64,000 bases of DNA. It comes from Pirellulales bacterium (GTDB lineage: Bacteria; Planctomycetota; Planctomycetia; Pirellulales; UBA1268). This document shows positions 44,497 through 53,969 of the stretch, one piece after another (the stretch's first letter is position 1; each line of letters opens with the position of its first letter). The notes below the pieces were generated by a model. It searched no databases. It was not told where the DNA came from and was given only the letters and a program-made list of their open reading frames with translations. The translations under genes and the position numbers were made by a program. The stretch is taken from assembly GCA_049695995.1 (NCBI GenBank), contig JBAVTF010000102.1, forward strand, positions 5,189 through 69,188, in the 5' to 3' direction.

Positions 44497-46265
44497 GCAC
44501 ACTGTGGCGACTCCTGACTCGTAGGCAGCGGGTGCTATTCGTTGCGCTCGTGTTCGTGAATCTGATTGCCGCCGGCGCTGAAGTGCTGGGCGTGTTTTCC
44601 GTGCTGCCTTTCCTCGCTTTGGCCAGCGATCCCGGCCTCTGCGAAACCCAGCAGTCCTTGCACTCTGTATACACAGGCTTCGGCTTTCAGTCCCATCTCT
44701 CATTTGTAATTGCAGCAGGCATCGCGACCGTCGCATCACTGGTGCTCACGAACGTGATCGCTATGGGATCGCTCTGGTTTCGGACGTGGTACTGCAGTCA
44801 GGTCGTCACCGATATGTCCGACCGCTTATTGCGAGGGTATCTCGCGCAGCCTTACGAGTTCTTTCTTTCGCGCAACGCAAGTGTCCTTGGCAAAGATCTG
44901 CTCAACGAAGCCCAAGGCTTTTTCACCTATGCGCTCGAACCGTTTACTGTGCTCATCGCGCGGGCCTTGCAGATCACCGCCGTCGCTATCGCATTGCTAT
45001 TTTTCGATTGGCGTACCACTCTGTTGGCAGCGTTGTTGTTTGGTGGCTTCTACGTTGCGATCTATCTGGTCCTTACGAAGCGTATCCATCGCTATGGGCA
45101 CGACCGCTACGTAGCCAACGAGGCGAGGTATAAGCTGGCGAGCGAGGCCTTGGGCGGCATGAAGGAACTCAAGCTCTTTGGCCGGGAGCGATGGTACGCA
45201 GATGCATTCGATTCCGCTTCTCAAACCATGGTGCGAACCCAAGGCCGCCTCGCGATTTACTCGTTGACACCACGTTATGCCTTGGAGATTCTCATTTTCT
45301 CCGCGGTTGTGCTGGCAGTGCTCTGGAAGCTGGCCAACGGCGAGCCCTTTCAGAGGCTCGCCCCTTCGCTAAGCGTTTTTGCGATAGCCGGGCTGCGGTT
45401 GCTCCCCGCGATCCAGCTCGTATTTCAGTATGCGACCGCCTTGGCAGCGGGAGGCATCGCCGTCGATAACCTTCATAAACTGTTCGCCACAGTCGGAGCA
45501 CTCGACACCACCCCCTATTTACCGACGCACCATGAGGCTAAGCTGCCTCTCAGAGGGCGAATCGACGTCGAGAATGTGTCGTTTGCCTACGCCGGCACCC
45601 ATCGCATCGTCTTAGATCGCCTGTCTCTGACGATTTCCGCCGGCCAATGTGTTGGCTTGTGTGGCCCAAGCGGGTCCGGCAAGACAACCCTGGTGGACCT
45701 CTGCCTCGGGCTTCTTACCCCGAACGAAGGTAGCATTCGCGTCGATGCCGAGCTGATCACGGCCGACAATGCAAGCCGGTGGCAGAGGAATATCGGCTAT
45801 GTCCCCCAGGCGATTTATCTGATCGACGGCACAATAGCTGAGAATATTGCTTTCTCAACAGACCCTCGTGCCATCGACATGGCTGCCGTGGAGCGAGCCG
45901 CTCGCTTGGCGCATCTGGACGACGTAATCGCCAACGCGGGCGATGGGTTCAACACCCTTGTTGGAGAACGCGGAGTTCGATTGAGCGGGGGACAACGACA
46001 GCGAGTCGCGATCGCAAGGGCTCTCTATAGCGACCCGGACGTGCTGCTGTTCGATGAGGCGACAAGCGCGCTCGACACCGCGAGTGAGGCGCAGGTGGTT
46101 GAGGCGATTCAATCGCTCGCCCACCTAAAGACCACCATCATCGTTGCACATCGACTGACCACCCTTCGTTATTGCGACGTGATCTACGAACTGCGGAACG
46201 GGCAGCTGGTGCGTTCCGGTGACTATGCCGCTTTTGCGTCGCAAGCCACTGCCTGCGAATCGTGA
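44493..46265 (+). CDS. fused TMD-NBD ABC exporter (MsbA/PglK-like)
   Basis: Six N-terminal TM segments, Walker A GPSGSGKTT, signature LSGGQRQR and Walker B LLFDEATSALD. Confidence 0.9.
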   Translation: MSTLWRLLTRRQRVLFVALVFVNLIAAGAEVLGVFSVLPFLALASDPGLCETQQSLHSVYTGFGFQSHLSFVIAAGIATVASLVLTNVIAMGSLWFRTWYCSQVVTDMSDRLLRGYLAQPYEFFLSRNASVLGKDLLNEAQGFFTYALEPFTVLIARALQITAVAIALLFFDWRTTLLAALLFGGFYVAIYLVLTKRIHRYGHDRYVANEARYKLASEALGGMKELKLFGRERWYADAFDSASQTMVRTQGRLAIYSLTPRYALEILIFSAVVLAVLWKLANGEPFQRLAPSLSVFAIAGLRLLPAIQLVFQYATALAAGGIAVDNLHKLFATVGALDTTPYLPTHHEAKLPLRGRIDVENVSFAYAGTHRIVLDRLSLTISAGQCVGLCGPSGSGKTTLVDLCLGLLTPNEGSIRVDAELITADNASRWQRNIGYVPQAIYLIDGTIAENIAFSTDPRAIDMAAVERAARLAHLDDVIANAGDGFNTLVGERGVRLSGGQRQRVAIARALYSDPDVLLFDEATSALDTASEAQVVEAIQSLAHLKTTIIVAHRLTTLRYCDVIYELRNGQLVRSGDYAAFASQATACES

Positions 46266-46317
46266 CGCGCCCTCTTTGCTAGGGCATCAGGCAACGGCTT
46301 TGGCTGGCAAGATCGGA

Positions 46318-47196
46318 ATGAATCGCGGAATTCTGCTGGTCGCGCATGGCAAGACTTCATATTGGGACGAAGCTACAACGCTTGCGCGATCGCTGCGGCG
46401 GCATTCGCCGCAGCTCACCATCGCCGTGGCAAGCGATTTGGACGTGCCCGAAGCGCAGTGGCGGCGTGATGGATATGACATCTACGTCCCTTTCGACTTT
46501 CGTGAATGCGGCGGCGTGTCTTTCAAGATGCAGCTCGATCGGATCACACCATTCGCCGACGCCACGCTGTTCATCGACTCCGATAGCATTTGCTACCGCG
46601 ACATCAGCGCTGTTTTTGACGCGTTTGCCGGAGACGACTTCGTCACGCTTGGGACCGTCGTCACGAGTTGTCATTGGTTCAAGGACAATTCACTGATCCA
46701 TCGCGAATTCCACTGTGACTCGTTTCCGTTTTTTTGCGGCGACTTTTATTTGTTTCGCACGAGCATAAAGGCGGCTGCGGTATTCGACACGGCTCGGGAA
46801 CGAGCAAGACGGTATCGCGCACTCGGGATCATTCCCCTTGGCGGCTGGTGCAACGATGAGCCGGCATTTTCGCTGGCGATGCTGGAACACAACGTGCCAA
46901 TCAGCTCCGGCGTCGGGGATTGGATTATCCAAGTAGCCCACGAAAAGGTCACGGACATTGACCTAGACTACGCCGCCGGGCGTGCGCGGGCCGTGCTCGA
47001 CGGTGTCGGGATCACTCCCCGGCTGGTCCACTTCTCGACGCACCGATCGCAGCCCCTCTACTTCCGCGAGCGTTACCGGGTCCGGAATCCAGCGAACAAC
47101 TGGTGGAACCGAGTGGCCGCCCAAGGCGTTGGCTCTCTGGAATCGACACGGTATCGCTTGACGAGGCGACTCCGTGCCGCAACAGCCCGCTCGTAG
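46318..47196 (+). CDS. hypothetical protein, possible GT-A-like (GT8-like) transferase
   Basis: ILLVAHGKTSYWDEATTLARSL...TLFIDSDSICYRD (DxD-like). No family confidently recognised. Confidence 0.45.
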   Translation: MNRGILLVAHGKTSYWDEATTLARSLRRHSPQLTIAVASDLDVPEAQWRRDGYDIYVPFDFRECGGVSFKMQLDRITPFADATLFIDSDSICYRDISAVFDAFAGDDFVTLGTVVTSCHWFKDNSLIHREFHCDSFPFFCGDFYLFRTSIKAAAVFDTARERARRYRALGIIPLGGWCNDEPAFSLAMLEHNVPISSGVGDWIIQVAHEKVTDIDLDYAAGRARAVLDGVGITPRLVHFSTHRSQPLYFRERYRVRNPANNWWNRVAAQGVGSLESTRYRLTRRLRAATARS

Positions 47197-47249
47197 CCAG
47201 CACCAGAGCACACTCTTCCGCGAAACGAACACAGGAGTCACGCTTCGCA

Positions 47250-47987
47250 ATGACCACTCTTTCACGCATCCGCTCCGCGATCACATCCGGCGCGAAGCGG
47301 CTTATCAATGGCGTCCTTGACCCTTTGGGGTGCCGCGTGGTCCCAAACCATTCGTTCGACGTATTCGACGCGATAGTTCACAGATTCAACCGGCCGGGAT
47401 TCACGTTCGTGCAAATCGGTGCGAACGACGGGAAAAGGTTCGACCCGATCTTTCAGTACGTCACACGCTACGGGTGGAAAGGCTATGCGCTCGAGCCGAT
47501 TTCCGAGTATTTCCAAGAGCTAAAGCGCAACTACTCGCAACATCCGCAGGTCACGTGCTGCCAGGTCGCGATCTATGAAAAAGATGGTCCGTTAACGCTG
47601 TACCGCGTCGATCCAACGGCGAGTGATCTGCCCGAGTGGTCCAAAGGCATAGCGTCGGTGTTTCAAGACCACCATCACAAGTCGGGGACTCCGAGCGACA
47701 AAATGATCGCGGAGGAGGTTCAGGGCCAGCGATTCGAGACGTTCATCGCGTCGCACGGTATCTCGCGGTGCGATCTGCTTCAGATCGACACGGAAGGCTA
47801 CGACTATCACATCCTGAAAATGATCGACTTCGACCGCTGGGCGCCGAGCATCATTCGCTTTGAGCACGGGATGACGGATCGCATCATGTCGGCCGAGCAG
47901 TTTTCCGAAGTCGCTCAGCTTCTGGCCCGCAACGGCTACGACTTTTTCGTGGGCCAGTTTGATTGCTATGCCGCGAAGCGAGGGTAA
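47250..47987 (+). CDS. FkbM-family methyltransferase
   Basis: FVQIGANDGKRFDPI and LQIDTEGYDYHILKMIDF. AGGAG Shine-Dalgarno upstream. Confidence 0.85.
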   Translation: MTTLSRIRSAITSGAKRLINGVLDPLGCRVVPNHSFDVFDAIVHRFNRPGFTFVQIGANDGKRFDPIFQYVTRYGWKGYALEPISEYFQELKRNYSQHPQVTCCQVAIYEKDGPLTLYRVDPTASDLPEWSKGIASVFQDHHHKSGTPSDKMIAEEVQGQRFETFIASHGISRCDLLQIDTEGYDYHILKMIDFDRWAPSIIRFEHGMTDRIMSAEQFSEVAQLLARNGYDFFVGQFDCYAAKRG

Positions 47988-48008
47988 GGAGCCGCCCTCG
48001 ACGCTCGT

Positions 48009-49145
48009 ATGAAACTCGCCTTTATTTCGACTCAGCCGAGCGCCGCCTGGGCTGCGAGTGAGCTCCTCTGGGAAGCGGCTGCCGTGGAGGCCATCCAGGC
48101 GGGACACGACGTCTTGGTATCGTCGTATCAGTGGCCCACTACGCCGGCGGCGATCAAGCGACTCGTCGATGCCGGGGCTCGCTACCATCGGCGGCGTCGG
48201 CCGCGGCTCGGACGCCTGGAACGAGTCGTCGATCGCTGGAGCGATCGGTGGCGGCATCTTCGGAATTTTGCTCCCGATGCAATCTGCATCAGTCAAGCCG
48301 GCAGTTACGACGCCATCGTCGCATCAGACCTCGCCAGCATTCCGGCCGTGCTGTACGCCTTGAACAAGCCGTATGTCGTGGTATGCAACGCGTTGCCGGA
48401 GCACTGGACGCTCAACGACGATGCACGCTCCAGAGGACGAGCGCTTTTCGGGAAGGCGAGAAAGGTCATCTTCGTCTCCCAGCGAAATCGGGAGATAGCC
48501 GAACGGCATTTGGCGGCGGGTGTGCCAGACTCCATCCTGCTTCATGCCCCGGCAAACGTTACCGGCGACATTCCGCTCCCATGGCCCGCGGACAGTCGCG
48601 ATTTGCGAATGGCGATCATCGGTCGCCTCGACGTTGCAACCAAGGGGCATGACGTGCTGTTCGAGGCACTTGCAGGCTCCGCGTGGCGGGACAGGAAGTG
48701 GCGGCTACGAATCTACGGAGATGGCCCGGATCGGAAGTATCTCACTGAGTTAGCGGCGCATTATCAGATCAGCGACAAAGTCGATTTCCCAGGACATCTC
48801 GAGAACCTTCGGGATGTGTGGGCGGACAACCATCTGCTGGTAATGCCGTCGCGGCATGAAGCCGGGCCGCTCGTCGTCATCGAGGCGGCTCTCTACGGCC
48901 GACCCGTCGTCGCCACCGATGTGGGCCTGGTGGAGCAGTGGGTGATCGACGGCGACACGGGGTTTGTGGCGGAAGCCACGACCCGATCCGCCCTTGCGAA
49001 CGCGCTCGACCGGGCGTGGGCCGAACGCGAGCGATTGAGCAGCATGGGACGTGCGGCCCACGCCCACGGGATCACGCTGTGGCAACGCACTCCTGGGAAG
49101 ACGTTGTTCCACGCAATGACTCATGATGGGCTCGTCTGCCCGTGA
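48009..49145 (+). CDS. GT-B glycosyltransferase (GT4/GT1 family)
   Basis: C-terminal EAGPLVVIEAALYGRPVVATDVG (E-x7-E type motif). Confidence 0.85.
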   Translation: MKLAFISTQPSAAWAASELLWEAAAVEAIQAGHDVLVSSYQWPTTPAAIKRLVDAGARYHRRRRPRLGRLERVVDRWSDRWRHLRNFAPDAICISQAGSYDAIVASDLASIPAVLYALNKPYVVVCNALPEHWTLNDDARSRGRALFGKARKVIFVSQRNREIAERHLAAGVPDSILLHAPANVTGDIPLPWPADSRDLRMAIIGRLDVATKGHDVLFEALAGSAWRDRKWRLRIYGDGPDRKYLTELAAHYQISDKVDFPGHLENLRDVWADNHLLVMPSRHEAGPLVVIEAALYGRPVVATDVGLVEQWVIDGDTGFVAEATTRSALANALDRAWAERERLSSMGRAAHAHGITLWQRTPGKTLFHAMTHDGLVCP

Positions 49146-50320
49146 GCGTCGCACCACGCGTGATGCGGCTGTTTCGGCGGGTGACGACCTCCGGTGGATA
49201 CGTTCCCGAGATCGACGGCTTGCGGTTCGTGGCCATCATGCCCGTCCTCGCGTTTCACCTCTGGGGCTACTGGGGTCGAATCGAACAGCGGCCGTACCCT
49301 GATCCTTGGCCGCTCGACTATGTGCTCAACTTCCTTGTCTCACTCGGCCATTATGGGGTTCATCTATTCTTCATGATCAGCGGCTTCGTGCTCGCAACGC
49401 CGTTCTCGAAGCATGCCTTAGAGGGCGCTCCGGCGGTCGATCTGAAGCGATACTTTTGGCGGCGGATCACCCGCCTGGAACCGCCGTATGTCGTGTCAAT
49501 GCTGCTGTTTTTCCTCGTGGCGCCCTTGGCTGCCAAAGGATCATGGGCGGATCTGTTTCCCCACCTGCTCGCAAGCCTCGGCTACGTGCACGAACTCGTG
49601 TACGGCACGGGCAGCCCCATCAATAACAATGCATGGAGCCTCGAAATCGAGGTGCAGTTTTATCTGCTGATGCCGCTCCTCGCATCGGTCTTGTGGCTAC
49701 CGCCCGTGCCACGGCGAATCCTCATGGCATGTGTGATTGCGATACTCTCGACACACGCCCTGTGGCTTTCGCCGACCGCCCCCAGAACGATCGTTCAATA
49801 TGGCCAGTTCTTTCTGACCGGCGTTCTTCTCAATGATTTGTGGACGACGGGGTGGCGTGATACCGCCCGCTCGATGAGTGCCGATGTGCCGGGCGTTACA
49901 GCGTGGCCGGCGTTCTTCGCCGCAAACATTTTCGGGAGTTCGCTGTTCGTGGATCTCGTCGCGCCGTGGATCATCGCCGGGTTGTTTTACTCCGCTTTGC
50001 GCGGCCGCTGCCACTCTGCGATCCTGGCATATGGGGCCATTCCACTGATTGGTGGGATGTGCTACTCGATCTATCTTCTCCATGCCCGCGTGATCGCATT
50101 GACCGTCCACGCTGTGGGTGCAGCAATCCCGTCAACCGGGTCCTTTTGCGTCGAGTTCACGATCGCATTCGTGATCTGCACAGTGGCCGTCTTGATCGTC
50201 AGTGGCTGCTTCTTCCTCCTGATTGAAAAGCCCTGTATGGATCCGCAATGGCCACAGCACCTGTACGCGCGGCTTGGCGGCATGTGGCGAGAGCGACGGC
50301 TCCAGGGAGCAGGCAAATGA
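49142..50320 (+). CDS. acyltransferase family 3 (O-acyltransferase) membrane protein
   Basis: YVPEIDGLRFVAIMPVLAFHL, HLFFMISGFVL, AWSLEIEVQFYLLMP. About 10 TM segments. Confidence 0.85.
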   Translation: MSVAPRVMRLFRRVTTSGGYVPEIDGLRFVAIMPVLAFHLWGYWGRIEQRPYPDPWPLDYVLNFLVSLGHYGVHLFFMISGFVLATPFSKHALEGAPAVDLKRYFWRRITRLEPPYVVSMLLFFLVAPLAAKGSWADLFPHLLASLGYVHELVYGTGSPINNNAWSLEIEVQFYLLMPLLASVLWLPPVPRRILMACVIAILSTHALWLSPTAPRTIVQYGQFFLTGVLLNDLWTTGWRDTARSMSADVPGVTAWPAFFAANIFGSSLFVDLVAPWIIAGLFYSALRGRCHSAILAYGAIPLIGGMCYSIYLLHARVIALTVHAVGAAIPSTGSFCVEFTIAFVICTVAVLIVSGCFFLLIEKPCMDPQWPQHLYARLGGMWRERRLQGAGK

Positions 50321-51786
50321 ATCCGCCGCGCAGGCGCAAGCAGCCGCAGTTCGATATTCCGAGCCTGTTTCTGACAGCACTGGGCATCATCGCCCTGCTC
50401 TTCGTCAATAAACCAGGCGCGCCGGGAAACGTGCTGTTCTTCGCTGCGCTGCTTGCGATGATCGCCTACTCGCCAGAGTGGGCGGTCCGGGCATTCTCGC
50501 TCTGTTTTCTTGGGCTCGTCACCAATCAGGCGATCGTTTTGAAAACGCCGGTGTGGACGCTCGCCCGCTTTCTCATTCCAGCAATCTGCCTGCTCCGCTT
50601 CATCGCGGACTTGCAGCACCTTCGGAAGCCGCTGCTCCGCCCCCGCTACCTTGCGGCTCTGGCCGGTTTTATCGCAGTCGCTGCCGTGCTGTCGGTGATG
50701 ACCGGGTATTTCGTCCATATCGCGCTCTTGAAGCTCATTAACTTCGGCATCGCAAGCTTCTCATTGCTGTATGGGGTTCGCGTGATGGCTGCACGGCGGG
50801 CTGATCTCACGCCCTGGTTCGTCTCGATCGTAATGGCGGTCGCGATCATGGGCCTCGCGTCGATTCCTCTCGGTATTGGATACAACTTTCGCGGCGATGC
50901 GTCCCTGGGCCGAAGCCTGTTCAACGGGCCTTTTTATCACTCAAACTGCCTGGGACCGATGGCTTCGCTCATGGCCGTCCTCATGGTCTGCGCTGTTGTC
51001 TTCGGACCGTACCGCAACCGCTGGGTGTGTGCGGTGCTCAGCCTCGTCATGCTCTACTTCATGGCCAAGACCCAATCGCGAACGTCTTTTGCGGCCTTTG
51101 CTATAGGCATTCTCACAATTCTCGTTGCTTCGTTCATGCTGCGGCAACGCCGTCTGTTTCGCCTGAACATGCGGGTATCGAGAACAGCGTTGGTTACCAC
51201 GGTCGTCGTTCTGGCGATCGCTGCCGTGGGCTACGACGTAGCGAGCGGCGGTGGGCTCACGCGCAGCGTGATTACGTTCGCGCAAAAAGGGAAGCAGACG
51301 GAGGAACTTTCCGTCGAAGAGGTGTTTGCGTCACGGCAGGGGCTGATTGACCACATGTGGGCCAACTTCTTGCAGTCGCCGCTGATCGGCATTGGATTTG
51401 AGGTGGCGCTCACCTCTTATTTCCGGGAGAACGCCACGCTCTTCAACGCGCCAATCGAAAAAGGATTCATGCCGATGGCGGTGCTGGAGGAAACTGGCGT
51501 CATTGGCACATGTTTTTTCGTGCTCTTCCTGGGATCGCTTATTGCGAGCCTGAGAAAGGATCTGAACGTTCCGGGCTTGGCCCTGCTCTTCACGTTCCTG
51601 GCAGTGAATTGCGGTGAGTCGATGTTTTTCTCGCTGGGCGGGCACGGCGCGTATGGCTGGCTGATGATGGCGGCAGGCATGATGCTTGGGCCCCATTGCA
51701 CAACGCTCAAGAAACCGTTCATGGGGCATACGATCCCCATCCCATCAGATCCGATACCCAGCGGCCCGCCCCGTCGTGTCGCTTGA
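50317..51786 (+). CDS. O-antigen polymerase/ligase-like (Wzy_C domain) membrane protein
   Basis: Polytopic. MAKTQSRTSFAAFAIGILTILV and a periplasmic loop followed by PMAVLEETGVIG. ATGA-coupled to the upstream gene. Confidence 0.75.
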   Translation: MNPPRRRKQPQFDIPSLFLTALGIIALLFVNKPGAPGNVLFFAALLAMIAYSPEWAVRAFSLCFLGLVTNQAIVLKTPVWTLARFLIPAICLLRFIADLQHLRKPLLRPRYLAALAGFIAVAAVLSVMTGYFVHIALLKLINFGIASFSLLYGVRVMAARRADLTPWFVSIVMAVAIMGLASIPLGIGYNFRGDASLGRSLFNGPFYHSNCLGPMASLMAVLMVCAVVFGPYRNRWVCAVLSLVMLYFMAKTQSRTSFAAFAIGILTILVASFMLRQRRLFRLNMRVSRTALVTTVVVLAIAAVGYDVASGGGLTRSVITFAQKGKQTEELSVEEVFASRQGLIDHMWANFLQSPLIGIGFEVALTSYFRENATLFNAPIEKGFMPMAVLEETGVIGTCFFVLFLGSLIASLRKDLNVPGLALLFTFLAVNCGESMFFSLGGHGAYGWLMMAAGMMLGPHCTTLKKPFMGHTIPIPSDPIPSGPPRRVA

Positions 51787-51792
51787 GCTGTC

Positions 51793-52887
51793 ATGAAGCT
51801 GCTGTGTTACCTGCAGCCGCATCGCGGGGGCGGCGTGGCTCGGCACGCCGTCGAGATGTCTCGCGGTCTCCATGCCCGGCAGGGATTCGACGTGTCGTTT
51901 CTTGCCAGCGGGGCCGATGCCCGCCGTCACCCCGATTTCATGGGCCGACTGCCCAGGGCAACGATGGCTTCGCTGCCCCTGTCGGGCACGCTGCAAGAGC
52001 GAATCTGGAAGGTAGCTCATTGGCCGCCGCTCACCCGTCGTTGCCGGGGCGTCGATGCGATCTATTCGCCTGCCGAAGTTCGTTTTCCTGCGTGTGGCGT
52101 GCCACAGTTGGTGACGATCCACGACGTGCAAGCGTTGGAGGATGAGCTGCCGTGGTCCTCGACACCCGAGCACCGCGAATTTCGGCGCAAGTGGATGCGG
52201 TGGCTGCCGAAGCTGATTCGTGAAGCCGATCGAATCCTGACAGTCTCTGAGTTCAGTAAGCAGCGCATGGTCGATTTGCTCGCCGCGCCCGCCGACAAGA
52301 TCGTAGTCGTTGGCAACGGCGTGTCGTCTGCTTTCCTGGCATCGTCCTCCATGCCGCCGCCGGAGACCCAACCGACGGTTATCGTGATCGGCGGTCTACG
52401 TGATAAGAAGGGGGCTGCTGCAACACTCGTGGTAGCCGCCGAGATGCGTCGCCGACGGCTTCCGTTCACGATCGAGGTCTTCGGCCAGCACGATCCGGCC
52501 TGGGCGATAGAAGCCGCCGCACACCCGAACGTGAATCTGCATGGATACGCGCCGGATGAAGTCATCGCCGATGCACTGCGATCATCTACTGCGCTCTTGT
52601 TCCTAAGCCCCTACGAAGGCTTTGGGATTCCGGCAGTGGAGGCAATGGCTGCCGGATCGCCCGCCGTCGTCGCCAACGCCGCATCGCTGCCAGAGATCGT
52701 CGGAGACGCGGGGCTGGTAGTGAACCCCGCTGAACCGCAAGCCGTCGTTGATCTTTTGGTTCGACTGATGGACGATTCAGCCTGGCGAAATGTGTGGGTT
52801 GCCAAGGGACGGGCTCGTGCCGCCACGTTCACCTGGGATCGATGCGTGGACAAACTCGTCGCCACACTTCGTGAAGTGACTGCATGA
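51793..52887 (+). CDS. GT-B glycosyltransferase (GT4/GT1 family)
   Basis: LLFLSPYEGFGIPAVEAMAAGSPAVVANAASLPEIVGDAG. Confidence 0.85.
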   Translation: MKLLCYLQPHRGGGVARHAVEMSRGLHARQGFDVSFLASGADARRHPDFMGRLPRATMASLPLSGTLQERIWKVAHWPPLTRRCRGVDAIYSPAEVRFPACGVPQLVTIHDVQALEDELPWSSTPEHREFRRKWMRWLPKLIREADRILTVSEFSKQRMVDLLAAPADKIVVVGNGVSSAFLASSSMPPPETQPTVIVIGGLRDKKGAAATLVVAAEMRRRRLPFTIEVFGQHDPAWAIEAAAHPNVNLHGYAPDEVIADALRSSTALLFLSPYEGFGIPAVEAMAAGSPAVVANAASLPEIVGDAGLVVNPAEPQAVVDLLVRLMDDSAWRNVWVAKGRARAATFTWDRCVDKLVATLREVTA

Positions 52888-53969
52888 AGATCATATTCTG
52901 CTGGTCGGTGATCTCCGGCTACATGGCCACATGTTGGCAGGAACTGGCACGTCGCCCTGGAGTCGACCTGCACGTTATCGCCCACCGGTCGCACGGAGCC
53001 ACGGCCTTCGACGACTCCCTGCTCCACGGTCTCTCGCACCGTTATCTCGATGTTCCTGAGCACGATGACGCGACACTCATTCGGAAGCTCGTGGAGGCCG
53101 AGAAGCCCGACGTTATCGCCATGACGGGGTGGTGGCTCCCGGCTTACCGTGGACTCGTGCATGCCAGAAACCTTGCCCACGTTCGGTTCATCATGGGCGT
53201 GGATACTCCGTGGCGAACCGAGGCCCAGTTCCTCACCCGTTTTCGTTACGCCCGCAGCCTGCGCAAGTTCGATCATTTTTTCGTAACCGGCGAGCGCAGT
53301 TGGCAGTACGTGACGCGACTTGGGGTTCCTGCGGAACGAGTCAGTCGTGGTATGTACGGCGTGGATGTCGCTGGGCTTGCCGCTGCGGGCGCAAGCCGTG
53401 ACGCGTCGGCGTGGCCCAAGAGATTCATGTTCATGGGCCGTTACGCCCGCGAGAAGGGCCTCGATGTGCTCGTGTCGGCGTATGCGGCGTATCGCGAGAG
53501 AGTTGCAGACCCCTGGCCCCTCGTCTGCTGCGGCCGTGGACCGGATGGAGCGGCACTCGCCAATACTCCTGGGATCACCGATCTCGGCTTCCTCCAGCCC
53601 CATGAACTGATCAACCAACTTGCCGCAAGTGGCACATTTGTCATGCCGAGCCGGTTCGATCCTTGGCCGTTGGCGTTGGTGGAGGCGGCGGCGGCGGGAT
53701 TGCCGATCGTGTGCTCCGACGCCTGCGGATCTGCCGTTGAAATCGTGCGGCCATACTTCAACGGCTTTGTCGTCCCGAAGGAATCGCCAGCGGCTCTTGC
53801 TGACGCATTGCACGCAATTCACGCACGATACGCAGACCTTCCGGAGTGGGGCCGACGGGCCGCGGAGTTCGCCGCCGCCTACTCCAGCGAACTCTGGGCC
53901 GACCGCTGGATCGCCGCATTTCATGCCCTCGCAGCCGCCGACCGATGCGATCCACGATCGTCACGCTGA
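52884..53969 (+). CDS. GT-B glycosyltransferase (GT4/GT1 family)
   Basis: FVMPSRFDPWPLALVEAAAAGLPIVCSDACGS. Confidence 0.85.
   Translation: MKIIFCWSVISGYMATCWQELARRPGVDLHVIAHRSHGATAFDDSLLHGLSHRYLDVPEHDDATLIRKLVEAEKPDVIAMTGWWLPAYRGLVHARNLAHVRFIMGVDTPWRTEAQFLTRFRYARSLRKFDHFFVTGERSWQYVTRLGVPAERVSRGMYGVDVAGLAAAGASRDASAWPKRFMFMGRYAREKGLDVLVSAYAAYRERVADPWPLVCCGRGPDGAALANTPGITDLGFLQPHELINQLAASGTFVMPSRFDPWPLALVEAAAAGLPIVCSDACGSAVEIVRPYFNGFVVPKESPAALADALHAIHARYADLPEWGRRAAEFAAAYSSELWADRWIAAFHALAAADRCDPRSSR

Noticed and set aside
26240-48000. Mobile genetic element or genomic island call for the AT-richer block
   Set aside because: No integrase, transposase, tRNA attachment site or clear direct-repeat borders could be found. 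Only the compositional mosaic is reported.
53846-53944. N-terminal extension of the glycosyltransferase ORF, and similar long upstream extensions at 36233, 47103, 54910, 61265 and 62329
   Set aside because: The extensions overlap the preceding genes and are Arg/Pro/Ser-rich. Internal ATGs give N-termini typical of the respective families.
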